Source: Callorhinchus milii
Taxonomy: Eukaryota
Assembly: GCF_018977255.1 (NCBI RefSeq)
Contig: NW_024704743.1
Location: 98,210,001 to 98,274,000, forward strand
DNA length: 64,000 bases
Reading direction: 5' to 3'
Shown: positions 1-12,748 of the stretch, one piece after another
Position numbering within the stretch: the first letter of the stretch is position 1
How the letters are laid out: each line of letters opens with the position of its first letter
The notes under the pieces: generated by a model
What the model was told of the DNA's origin: nothing
The model's database searches: none
Seen by the model: only the letters and a program-made list of their open reading frames with translations
Position numbers and translations under genes: made by a program

Positions 1-1371
1 GAAATCTGTAATCAAATGAAAATTTATTTTGTCACTAGGATATTTTTTAACAGTAAATAGGGCTAGGAATAAAAAATGTATAGATTTCTTGAATATATGT
101 CACTTACATTGTCTGGAATATATAAGTCACTTACACTGCATGTTGTCTGAACCTACAGCTTTTAAGTAGGCTATCTGACATTTAAGGTTCTCCAAGCAAT
201 AAGTCACTTATATAGGTTGCCTGAACTTATAATTCATGTACTAGACTGCCCAAGCTTTTAAGTCGTATATTTAGGCTGACTGAACCCAATAATGATTTAT
301 AAAGGCTATCTCTTAGTAACATATACGTGCCAGCCAGCAAGCTGTATTCAGAGAAAAAAACTGCTGCTAAAATTTTGTTGCGAATCTCACTACCCAGTGA
401 AAGTGCTTACCTCCCATGTACAATTTCCCAGAACAATTAGTATGTCTCTGGTATTTGTTTAATTTACTAAGGATATGTATAGTTTGTTTTTATGTATGCA
501 AAAAACACACCGTGCCAGACAGATGCAAAATAAACTTTGGAAACCTTAATCCACTTTTTATCTTCTGTGGATAGTTTAAATTCTGAATCCTGGACATCAA
601 TGTTCATGTTTTATGCATCCTCCCTTTTAAGAAATCTATTATGCATAATCTGTCTCCTGCCTTCCCTCACTTCTCAAATCCAGTTTGGTGCAAATGATGT
701 AAAAGGAGCTATATAAATGTAAATTGTATTGTATTGCATCAAACCATTGAAATTTACAACACAGAAGACAGCCATTCTATCCATTACATTTGGGCTAGCT
801 CCTTGAACGAACCATCCATTCAGTTATTTTGCCTTTTCTCCGTATCCCTGCAAATTACTCCTGTGTTGTATTCGAAACATAGTCCTCTTGCTTAAGTACC
901 CTATATTCTGCAACCCAACTGCCCTAGCCAATCCCTCTGCTCTGCAAACACTGACCAGCTTTATGTCCTCCTCCCAACCCACTCCACCATCAGCGGCAGA
1001 GCTTTTAGCAATTCTGCCCCTGCTCTCTGGAACTCCTTTATCCTCTATCTCAGTCCCTCCCTTTCTCCCTGCTTTTAAAGCCCACCTTAAGTCTTTTCTT
1101 GCCAATTGGTCACCTTTCCACCTAATTCCCCCTACCCAAGCTTGGCTCCGAGTCAGCTTTGAGATGCACTTTGAGATACCCTCTGAAATGTGAAATATGT
1201 TATATAAAAGTAAAATTGTTTTTGTTGCTATTGTACATTCTGTGGAGATCTCACAACCAGAGCCTGTCTTCCATCTACATTCTGTGGCATTCTCACATCC
1301 AGAGCTTGTATAAGACTCCAGAATTAGCTTTTAGTAAAGGTGCGAAAATGGTATTTTTTGCTCTCCAATGT

Positions 1372-1699
1372 TATAATAATAATAATAATAATAATCCTTG
1401 CATTTGATATAGCGCTTTTCACGTCGGGAGGACGTCCCAAAGCGCTTCACAGAATATACTGTAAAGTGAATTGACTGTATATTTGTGGGCGAACGCGGCA
1501 GCCAATTGCGCACAGCAATGTCCCACAAACAGTCGTAGATTGAAAATGACCAATTTATTATTGTTTTGGGTTTTTTGGAGGGATTATTATTAGGCGTGTG
1601 GAGTAAGGAAACTTGCCCAAGGTTTCGCCCTGCCTGGAATTGAACCCAGGTGTCTTGCTTGCAAAGCAAGTGCTCTAACCACTGAGCTACAGGACTCCA
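1372..1699 (-). mobile_element. tRNA(Ala-like)-derived SINE, short subfamily, with L2-type tail
   Basis: The head TGGAGTCCTGTAGCTCAGTGGTTAGAGC...GGTTCAATTCC carries A and B boxes. The body is shared with other copies and ends in a (TTA)n tail. Confidence 0.9.
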
Positions 1700-2434
1700 T
1701 GTTCTTCATAAACAGCTATGCTGTACGCATCGCAAATTATAACAGCTCTCAATATTCACAAATAAAGGTTGTAACTTGTGCTTTGAATCCTGCTATCACA
1801 GATTAGACCCTCACTGGCAGTGTCACTTATTTTGGAAAAACTGTCCTGCAAATCATGCTTGTTTCAACAGTGGTTGGTTAAGCAGAGAGATACCATTTAA
1901 TATGCGCAAGTCATTTCCATTAACTGCAATCTTTGGCATGTTTATGATTGTTTCTGCACTTCAATTGTGACACAGTGCAATAAACCTGTACAGTGTGGCC
2001 TACATCCAACTCTTTTTTCCTGGCAGACCCAAGTTGGGCTAAATTAGCCATTTTCACACTGCTCTCCAGTGTTGCTAAATCAGTCAATCTAGGAAAAGAG
2101 GCCAAGATATTACCAGAACTGATTTTGAACCCTTTGACAGCATGGTCCTATTGTGCCAAGGCCCAACATTTTTCCAAGATAAAGAAACAACATTTTAGAG
2201 CTGCCAAATGGTATTTGCATGATCAGTTCACAAGACAGGTGCTGAGATGACAGCTTTGTGTGTTATGTTAGGCAAAACTTTCAGATTGGCAATGATTTGT
2301 TTTATCTGTGTTACTATTATGGATAATTGAGGGATCTCAAAGCCAAGGGGAACATTTTCACATTCACCCAACCATAGTTAGCAACCCTTGATCCACTGGG
2401 GGAAGAGCTGTGGACGTACTCTGCACATAACACT

Positions 2435-3773
2435 GTTGTCAAGAAAAGGTACTTTTTATTGCATGCAAAATAGTTGTCATTTATAACATCTCTTTTATAC
2501 TTAAATTCATCAGTTAAATCTTCTCTGTACATTTCATTCAGAATTGAATATATATAATTGATAAATCTCTATAGGTTCCTGTTTCTTTTTGTACAAATAT
2601 AACCACTGAAGGCAGCTTCCGTGGTGCAAGTTTACAGGAACGTATTTAACCTTGTACATTCGTATAAAAGCAACAATCTACATTTTAAAACGTGCCATAT
2701 TTTAATGAAAAACTTAGAAAAGTGCATTATTTTACAACACTACAGTAATTGTTTGTAAAGACAATGTAAAATATATACATAATAGTGCATTCATTACAAA
2801 AAAAGAAGCAACCGAAATAATTACAAGTTTGTACATGAGTGAAGTCTACTTTGAGTTGTAAACATTTTGTTATAGCTTTCTATCATTTGTACTGTTTCAT
2901 AGAACAGCAAAAGGTCAGATTTGGATATAACAGCTGAAATCACTTCAACCATTTCCGGCAAAGGTAATCCAGCTATTTGTTAGTCCTGTAAAATATAGTC
3001 TCACTGTCTTTATCCAGGCATTCAAAAAATAATTCCAGTTCATGCAGCTAATAACTGCACTAAAGTTATCAGAGAAATCCAATTCCAGTCACTTGCATTT
3101 CCCTTGAATGAAGAGAAAGGGCAAATGGCTGGAATGATCACAAACATATAATATAAAGATGTATGTAATACTCATAATAAATCAATAAATATTAATTGCT
3201 TTATTAATTTCATTGCTAGTTAAGTTTTGTGTTTTCAGGTAAGTTATAATGCATACCAGTTTTACAAATTGCATGCGTTTAACTGGCAAGCTAAAATGAT
3301 CCTTCTGCACTTTCCTATCCAGTAATAAAGATCCAGCTGTTGAAAATACAATGGCACACCCGGTGTACTGACTGCTTCTTGTGTCAATGCGCATGCTGTT
3401 TGGCAACAGGGTTTGGATTTTCTGTTCTTTTCATCAGTCTGCGACTCAGTGTTTAAACTGTTTACAAAATGAATACCTGATGCATTAGTTTTCCACACAT
3501 CCCACTATATCAATATCAAGTCTTAATCTAACAGTTTACTCTTACTTCCAGGTGAAGCAGATTAATGCCAGTCAAATGATTCCGCTTGTGTGGTTTTCGA
3601 TGGATGCCAACTCAATGCTTAACCCTTGAATCCAACAGCCATATGTAAGGCATATTGTTGGTGCTGTGGAGCTTATTAACCATGCTTCATGCTTGGTTTC
3701 TGAGTCCCAGAGAAAGGCTTCTTTTTTCTTTTTTTTCTCCGTCACACTCAAAAACGAACCAAAAATAAACATT
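2435..3773 (-). other. Probable KCNK9 3' UTR with candidate poly(A) signals
   Basis: AT-rich and free of recognisable repeats. Minus-strand AATAAA occurs at 3200-3205 and 2455-2460; the latter is followed by CA and a GU-rich GTGTTATGTG tract. A Pumilio-type TGTATATA lies at 2772-2779. Confidence 0.45.
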
Positions 3774-4637
<864 letters not shown>

Positions 4638-4693
4638 TTAAACAAATTCCACCACCAGAGTCTTTGAAGATTCGTGGACTCAATCCTTTTTAG

Positions 4694-5123
4694 GTGTCAA
4701 CCAGGCTCAGTTGGTTGCACTCTCGCCTGAGTCAGAAGATTATAGGTTCAAGCCTTATGTTGGGATTCTGAGCTCACAATCTAGGCTGACACTCCAATAC
4801 AGGGCTGGGAAACTCTGGATTGTTCGAAGTGCTATCCTTTCGTTAGATGTTAAACTCAGGTCAAGTCTGCCTCATCAGGTGGATGTTAAAGATCCCATGG
4901 CACGATTCAAAAACAGAAGTGAGTTTCTCCCGGTGTCCTGACCAACAATTACCAAGATAAAATTAGTTGTTCACTTCATGGCTGTTGGTGGCACATTGCT
5001 CTGTAGAAATTGGCGTTCACCCACAAAACACACAATCACTACACTTCACCATAAATTCTGTGAAGCACCTTGAGACATTTCAACAATGTATTAAGGTGCA
5101 ATATAAGATGCATTTATTATTTT
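4694..5123 (+). mobile_element. Deu-domain SINE (SacSINE1/AmnSINE1-like)
   Basis: tRNA-like head, central ...CAGGTGGATGTTAAAGATCCCATGGCAC...GTGTCCTG.CCAAC block and an L2-type tail. The family name comes from a recalled consensus. Confidence 0.75.
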
Positions 5124-5304
5124 ATCATAACTTTCCCTGAGTGCCTGCCTGCCCTTTCATGTTGGTGCTTGAATATTTGAAATAAAACATTACAATTGTA
5201 TTTTTCCCTATATTATTGTTACTTTCAACGCCCCTGATGTCCTAGTGGGAAAAGGCACTGCCTGGTGCAACACTGAGCTATAGCGAGTTGCAAGCTTTAA
5301 TCCA

Positions 5305-5623
5305 CAGCTGGAGCTGTGTTACATTGTCTGAGGTGCCATCTTTCAGATAAGATGTTAAACTGACGTCTTGTCTGTCTGTCCAGGTGAACATTAAAGATGC
5401 CATGGCACTATCCAAAAAGAAAAGGGAGTTTATCCTACTGTCCTGACTAACAATCCCCTAAAATAAAAAACACTCACATGGCTGTTTGTCAGATATTAAT
5501 GTGTGCAAATTTGCCTGTCACACTCGCACACCAAATACACTTCACAGTAATGTGAAGCACTTTGAGACGTACTGACAACTTGATGAAGCGCTGTATCAAA
5601 CTGAAGGATTATTATTTTTATTA
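5305..5623 (+). mobile_element. Deu-domain SINE, 5'-truncated, nested in an older SINE
   Basis: GAGGTGCCATCTTTCAGATAAGATGTTAAAC...AAAGATGCCATGGCAC block followed by the tail. Confidence 0.75.
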
Positions 5624-5697
5624 GACTGGGTGCTGCCTTTGGACTTAGCGTCACTGGGATGAGAGGAGAAAATCATCCGGTTTTTGCCAGTCCTGAT

Positions 5698-6700
5698 CAC
5701 ATCGTTCGCAGACATGGGGTCAACTTCCACACATGCCCAGATGACACTCAACTCTATCTCTCTGCCTCCACCCTTGATTCCAGGAACACTGAATTCCTAA
5801 CAGACTGTCTGTCAGACATCATGTCCTGGATGAGAGTCAACTTTCTACAGTTGAATGTCAGCAAGACCGAGGCTTTCCTGATTGACTCACGTCAACGCCT
5901 CCGGACCTCAGGCACTGGAAACATCAGCATCCAATGATGCACACTCCATCTCACCAAACCAGTCAGGCACCTGGGCATCTTGTTCGGCCCTCAACTGTCC
6001 TTTCTCTCCCACATCCGTGCCATGAACCGCTCTGCCTTCCCCCACCTCCGCAACATTGCCCAACTCCACCACTGCCTCACCCTTCAGGCCGCTGAAACCC
6101 TCATACATACCTTCATTACAACCAGGCTTGACTATGCCAACACCTGCTTGTTGGCCTTCCCAACTCTTCCCTCCACAAGCTGCAGATCATCCAGAACTCT
6201 GCAGCTGTGTCCTCTTCAACAGCAGTCTCAGTGCCCCCATCACCCCAACCCTCGCCCAGCTCCACTGGCTCCCTATCTCTCAGAGGATAGTATTCAAAAT
6301 CCTCATCCTCACCTTCAAGGCCCTCCAAGGCCTTGCCCCCTCCTACCTCTCCGACCTGCTAACCCCTGATCAACCTGTCCGCTCCCTCCCCTCAGCAGGC
6401 TCCAGCCTGCTCCATGTCCTGTACCAGGTCTGCTCCACCATCAGCGGTTGGGCCTTCTGCCTCTCTGCTCCACCCTCTGGAACTTCATCCCACATTTCCT
6501 TCACCTCGCTCCCTCCCTTGCCTCCTTCAAGGCCCGCCTCAAGACCCTCCTCTTCGACCGTGCCTTTGACCACCCTCCTACCCTCTACCCCCAGCCCCCT
6601 CTCCACACCCGCTCGGGTCCTAATTCTTGACTGTTCAGTGCCTTGGGATGTCTTCCCAATGTGAAAAGCACTTTGCAAATGTAATTTTCTATTGTATTAT
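5698..6700 (+). mobile_element. L2-clade LINE 3' fragment (RT C-terminus, 3' UTR and tail)
   Basis: HGVNFHTCPDDTQLYLS (decayed YADD), FLQLNVSKTE and LHWLPISQRIVFKILILTFKAL, with frameshifts. Confidence 0.9.
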
Positions 6701-7309
6701 AAAGCAGAGAACTGTTGGAAGATGAACATCTGGCAATATCAATTGAAATTAAGATTGGGTTCAGGATCACTGGCGAGGCTCACACTTAGATACTGCAGTA
6801 GCTGAAAAAGGAGAGGCTGCCCAGCATCCGTTGTAGATTAGAGGAAAAGGGAAATCAAATGCCTTAGCAGCAGAGGAGGAGGAGGAAAGGGAAGAAAAAT
6901 AAATAAATCATATTCCCTGTTGAATATTGGCACCCGACCTGGAACAATTACAGATTATTTGTCTCTAAAATATTTTGAATGAAAACTGAACAAACATTGA
7001 ACAATTCTCAGAAATATAAATTCTTTCCTTGTTTTATTTCTGAGGGTACTTCATTCAGGTTTAAATGCCAACAGTTAACAATAATAACCAAAGCATATAA
7101 TCCAGTCACTCTGAATATAACAAAACATATCTTATTCTATAGCAATGACTGAGTAAATGCAAGATGACATGTTTTATGTAAAGAACTGCCTGAGAATGAT
7201 TGAACTGGACATTCAAGTTCATTTTGGAAGTAAGGACTGGACTAAGATTGACCAAACTCAATTCATTTGTGGCAGTAACTAAAGACAGTCCCAATCGGCA
7301 CACTAGACT

Positions 7310-7546
7310 TAGACCTGGGTAATGAGACGTTAAACCCACGTCTTGTCTGCCTGTTGAGGTTAAAGATGGCATGCACTATTGAAAAACACAAGGAGAGTTT
7401 CTTTCAGTGTCCTAGCCAACAAATTGATCAATCACTTCATGGCTATTTGTGGGATTTCGCTGTACACAAATTGGCTACCACATTTCACCTAAAATAATAC
7501 ACAGTCACTAAACTTGCAGTTGAATTCTCTGAAGCACATTGAGACA
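7310..7546 (+). mobile_element. Deu-domain SINE fragment lacking its 3' tail
   Basis: Matches the body of 30324-30735 but stops at ...GAAGCACATTGAGACA. Confidence 0.7.
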
Positions 7547-7592
7547 GCTTCCTAACAAGAAAGCCACTATTTTGTTTTGAAAAAAAACCTGA

Positions 7593-7602
7593 GGGAAATC
7601 CC
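7593..7602 (+). promoter_or_regulatory. Consensus NF-kB site GGGAAATCCC
   Basis: Exact match to GGGRNWYYCC about 350 bp upstream of the NFKBIE-copy ATG. Function is untested. Confidence 0.4.
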
Positions 7603-7945
7603 AAGTCCTCTGCGATTGCAAACCTGTAGCTCTGCAGAAGGAGCGACACACACACATACACATACACACAGCGACACAGAGAGAAACTTAGGGTTTTGTA
7701 AAAAGAAGGGAAAAATATATTGGAACTTGGATTACCAACAGGAGATAGTTAGGAATCATCCCTTCCAGCAAGGAGAAGATTTTGACCTGCACTGAAATTG
7801 ATCTGAAATTAACAAGCAAGTCACTTGGCCTCAGTCACTGTTCTGTTGGTGATTACAAATGGGTAGGAGAAAAAAGGCAACTTTGCAACATTGATTCACC
7901 ATCAAGAGGAAACAGCTAACTCACACAATATTAATCTGAAACACA

Positions 7946-9005
7946 ATGGAACATGTGGGGAGTAAAGCGGATCCTGATAGTAAGTTGGATGTTGATAAAT
8001 CTTAGTGTGATTTGGATTTGGTTGAATCGCTCGGAGAGCCCCAGGAGCCGGTGAGCAAAGTGAAGGTAGAGGAAGTGGAGGGAGATCAGTTTGACACCAG
8101 TTATGGCTCCTCGTGTTTCTCTGAATGCCTGGACTCCTCGTACAGCACCTCGTCCATCACAGACTCGCTATCTGAAGCCCTGGACAAGTCTTGTCGGATC
8201 AGACAGGAGTACAACAAGAAAAGAGACACTGAATCCAGGGACAAGACAATGACAGCCTCTCTCCTGGATCCTTACACTTTCCTGGAGGAAGATGAGGACA
8301 CCATTGTGCACCTGACAGCGATTCACAAGGCAGAAGCATGTGCCCTGCATTTCATCAGCATCTTCTCTGTGGAGGTGCTGGAGATTTCAGGCTGCCTTGC
8401 ACCTGGCTGTGTACACTAACCGGTGCAGGTTGGTACGGGCGCTGGTGCTGAGGAGAGTGAGTCTGGAGCAGCAGGATCGGCACCCTGGCCGTCCCACACC
8501 CCACAACACCCCACTGCACCTGGCCTGTGAGTATGGGCTGGTCCAGTGTGTCCAGGCCCTGACACTGCCCACAGCGCAGGAGAGACACCACCTCCAACAC
8601 CTCTGTCTTAGATCCAGACACCAGGACCTGGAGCTACGGCACTGGCAAGGTGTGACATGTCTACATGTGGCAACGCTGGGCAGAAACCTGGAGATAACGG
8701 AACATCTCCATAATGGGGCAAATATTGATGCACAGGACGGTACCAGTGGGAAGACAGCGCTGCAATTTGTTTCTGCGACACAACGCTGACGTGGATGACG
8801 GCTGCACTGCTCTCACCTGGCAGTGGGCAGGCAGCACACGGGCATCGCCAGCGCCCTATGCCATTCAAGAGCTGACATCTGCCTGTCCAACGTAGAGGAG
8901 GAAACACCCCAGGACCTGGCGGCCGGCAATGTGGACATTCTGGTCTTGTTTCTGTTTGACGACGTGAAGCTGGGAGGCCAGCCAGTGCTCTGTGCTGACT
9001 TCTGA
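7946..9005 (+). pseudogene. NFKBIE: Processed (intronless) pseudogene of NF-kB inhibitor epsilon (IkB-epsilon), antisense within the KCNK9 intron
   Basis: Segments collinear with IkBe occur across several frames: DTSYGSS; YTFLEEDEDTIVHLTAIH; QAALHLAV...RALVL...QDRH; DLELRHWQGVTCLHVATL; GANIDAQDGTSGKTAL; NVEEETPQDL...FDDVKLGGQPVLCADF*. Lesions include a TAG at 8003-8005, a degraded DSGxxS degron, frameshifts near 8385, 8765 and 8812, an insertion after QDRH and a deletion after SGKTAL. There are no introns. Confidence 0.9.
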
Positions 9006-9013
9006 CCATAACA

Positions 9014-9089
9014 TGATTGTCCAGGACCTTGGTACATCCTCCCGAAGTGAAAGGTGCTATACAAATGTAATTTTCTTGTTGTTATTGTT
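9014..9089 (+). mobile_element. L2-LINE 3' terminal tail directly after the NFKBIE retrocopy
   Basis: Closely matches the L2 3' end at 62683-62757 (TGA.TG.CCAG.ACCTTGGTACATCCTCCCGA.GTGAAAGG.GCT.TA.AAATGTAATTT followed by TTG/TTA repeats). Confidence 0.85.
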
Positions 9090-9412
9090 CTAACCTGTGC
9101 ACAGGACATTACTGGGCAGGAGTGAGTGTCTGAGAAAAGAACTCTCCCCCATTTTTGGGATGGAGTGGTATGGGGGAGTTGGAGGTTTGAGGGTGGGGAG
9201 AGGAACAGGGAGACGATCAGAAAAAATCCCTCCCCTACTGGTTGAAAGATCCCCGAAGGACATGAAACGAGGATGATCCATGGATCGGCTGATTGACTAT
9301 CTGAAAACCAAACCAAGTATGAGGACCTCAAGTTCTGAACACGCAGAAGCCTAGCGAGAGAGAGAGAATTTCTCTTCGCTTCCCCTTCCCCGCATCACCA
9401 CCTCGCTTTCCC

Positions 9413-9744
9413 TGGAGTCCTGTAGCTCAGTGGTTAGAGCGCTCGCCTCGCAAGCGAGAGACCTGGGTTTGTATCCCTGGCAGGGCAAAACCTTGGACAA
9501 GTTTCCTTACTCCACATGCCTGATAATAATCCCTCATGTAAAAAAAAATAATAACTTGGTCACTCAATCCATGACTGTTTGTAGGACACTGCAGTGCACA
9601 ATTGGCTGCCGCGTTTCACCCACAAATGTATAGTAAATTCAATTTACAGTACATTCTGTGAAACCCTTTGCGACTTCTCGAAGACGTGAAAAGCACTATA
9701 TCAAATTCAAGGATTATTATTACAAGGATTTTTACTATTATTAT
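9413..9744 (+). mobile_element. tRNA-derived SINE, short subfamily
   Basis: Same head, body and tail as 1372-1699; the tail end is duplicated. Confidence 0.9.
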
Positions 9745-11759
9745 TTCCAGTGGTATCAAACCTTATGATCCATTTTGCATAAATGTGCATGTTTGAATCC
9801 AAATAAAACTATTTTGCTAATACATTTATGTTTGAATTAGGATTTCTATAAACTAAAGATAAAAATTATTTGGTGCCAGTCATTCAAATGTTCAGCTGAA
9901 ATTCAGCTGAAACACAAATAGCAGAAAACACAGAATAAAAGCTTATATACTACACAATAGGCCTCTAAAGCTCACTGTTACCTCCAGGTGATAGCTGACA
10001 GCGGTAAATCTATATTTAGTGTCCTGCAGATCAAAAGAATAGACAATCGAGGAACATTTTATTTCATGGGTTTATGTGTTTTGGCTCAATGATCCTGGAC
10101 AATGGAAATGAATGGCAAGTGGTTTAGGACATTAGAATCTTTCGCTTGGATTAAGCATGTGTTTTTTTTTGGCATCAACTAAAATGTGTGACACGCAAGA
10201 ACAAACTGATTCACTTTCTGATAGACGTGTTACAATCATTGACAGAACTAGTGAAAATATTTCTATATTGCTGCATAAAGGGTTTTAAAATCAGGGAAGG
10301 TTTTATCAGGCTAAATACCGTAAAAGTGTTTCCACTGATGGGTGAGGGGAGGGCATAAAGTGAGAATTTCAACAGAATAATAATAATAATTCTTGCATTT
10401 GATATAGCGCCGTATGTGTCACATCGTCGAGACACCTCAAAGAGTTTCACAGGATACACTAAATGGTTTGACTGTGTATTTTGTGTGCAAAACACGAGAA
10501 GAAAAAGGGGGAGTTAGTAAAAAAAATATTCAGAGGATTGTTAGAATGTGAAATGTCTCACCAGACATGGCTGTTCCCAATGGGATTTGAAAGGAAATTG
10601 GATAAAAAATAATATCAAATAGTATGAGGAAAAGAGTGGGAATGGGTTTAGTGTCAGCCTGGCTCAGTTGACAGCCCTCAGATAGTACTAGAATCAAAAG
10701 ATTGTGGGTTGAAACTCCACATTGGGACTTTGAGCTCATAGTGTAGGCTTACATTCTACTGCAGTGCTGAGCGGAGCAAGAATATTTGATATACGAATGT
10801 CACAAAACACGGAAGAAAATGCCAATAATTTTTTAATTTAGTGTTTTTTTAAAAAATGGGCTGACTGAGAGGAACATTAAACTACCCAGCTCATGAGTAA
10901 ATTATACCAAATGAGAGATGCACATTGACGTCACAGGATGACTTGTGTCCTGGTGCAGCGTTGGCAGCAACTGTGAAAATGTTGGCAGGCTGGGCCACTT
11001 CTCCATTTATTAAGGATGGTGTAGATTCCAGGAGAGATACAAGTATGAAAAAGGAGAAGAAATATAGAAGAAACATAAGCCTGCCAACAATTTGTTATTC
11101 TAAAGTGAAGCAAATCTCAAGTATTAATAAAAACAAGTTTATTTTTGTTTATTAAATCTTTGTGCTTCAGACAGCCCGATGAGCATCATTGCTTTGTCGA
11201 GAGCACGACATTCATGTTGAATCAGAATTGCCTTTGCCTTGTTGCTACGGATAGGTTCAAGTCCATAACAAAATTCAACTTAAGAATTGTTCAATTAACT
11301 ATGGGAATATGAAATGCTAATAATATCTGTGGCTAATTCACATTCAAAGACTGATACAGGAGCTTGTGATTAGGTTTGTGTTGAATGTCGATGATATATT
11401 TCTGAAACAATGAGGTAAAATTTGCAGTAGTCATAGCATTCCTTCAATTCATTAAAGAACATTTAGTAAGTGTCAGCAGGTGACACACCCCTCTCCAGTT
11501 AATTAGTTTGTTTCTCTCTGTGTCCCAGCCTCGCGGTGAGAGACGCTGCCACTTATCAGCAGTTACCAATCATTCCTTAACTTATTTAAGCATTGCTCTA
11601 AGTACTTTTAATTGTATTCCCAAATATCTCTTGTTATAAAGGTCTGTTATACATTAGTTTCTAATGAATGTCCCAAAGTCTTTTAATTTTCATCTAATTT
11701 CTTAATTCCATTTATTGTTACAGCCTCTGCGCTAGTCAAGAGAAAAATATAGTTATTGA

Positions 11760-12150
11760 AATACATACAATTACACAGTTTGGAAACACGCCATTCAGCC
11801 GAACTAGTCTGTATCTGTTTTTATACTTCATCCCTCCTAATCCCCTCTTCCATACAGCAACAACAACAACAACTTGCATTTATATAGCGCCCTTCACACG
11901 GGGTAGCATACCGCTACTATTCCCCGCACCCTCATGTATGCATTGTTTCCTCTCGAATACATTGACGTGTTCTGCTTCAAGCATAACTTCCATCAGTGAG
12001 TTCCACTTTCTCACCACCCGCTATGTAAAGAAGTTCCTCTTAAACTCTCTTTTAGATCTGCTAGTTGTTAATGTTTGTGTCCCCTTGTTTTGGACTGAAC
12101 AACAAGTGGAAACAGACTAGTAATATCTTCTTTATCAAATCCTTTCATCA
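11760..12150 (-). mobile_element. Decayed CR1 3' fragment with an inserted L2 tail (~11858-11910)
   Basis: GCCATTCAGCC 3' UTR motif and a TTCCAC...CACCACCC.CT.TGT.AAGAA remnant; (AAC)n tail inside. Confidence 0.6.
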
Positions 12151-12487
12151 TTTTAATGTGTTTCTTTCCTATCATAAATACAAGATAAAATCATAAGTCA
12201 CAAGAAAGTTTCTGATTTCAGCATCCTATCTATTCTCCACAATCATATTTAGCAAAATTAAATGACTGCTCCTGCTGCATACATTTTGGTAAGTGTTTGA
12301 ATCAAAGGATTTCAGCACAAAGTTTTTTTAAAAAAACAGTTAGCAACAGCTTTCTGTCAGATATGTTGCATAATAACTTAAAGTTAAAATTCCTAAATCA
12401 TGCAGAATCAAGATATTTCAGGATCGTTAAAATGTCATCAGCTACCAAGCTTGACTGTGTGCAAAACTATATACATATATATTTTTG

Positions 12488-12748
12488 GTCAGCTGGGTGT
12501 CTGACAAATGTGGAAACCCATCAGCATACTAAAAGTATCCAAACCAAGCTGAGAGTTCCATGCATCCCACCTATACATGGAAATCCCAGAGATAGATTAT
12601 TGGAATGGAATACGCACTCTCTCCCTGAAGGGACATATCCTGCTTACCTAATTCCAGAAAGTATTAGGCACAGGTTGGCAAGAGCCAAGGCTCGGGGACC
12701 CCAGAGTGTGAGTTGGGGTATTACTGGAGACTAACCAGCTAAAACCGT
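12488..12748. repeat. Unclassified dispersed repeat, copy 1
   Basis: Collinear with 21962-22220. Confidence 0.85.

Noticed and set aside
7946..9005. Functional NFKBIA/NFKBIE gene
   Set aside because: It has an early stop and several frameshifts with no introns to explain them. The motifs match epsilon rather than alpha.
9413..9490. tRNA-Ala-like sequence (also at other SINE heads)
   Set aside because: Always fused to a SINE body and tail, with substitutions that differ between copies; these are not tRNA genes.
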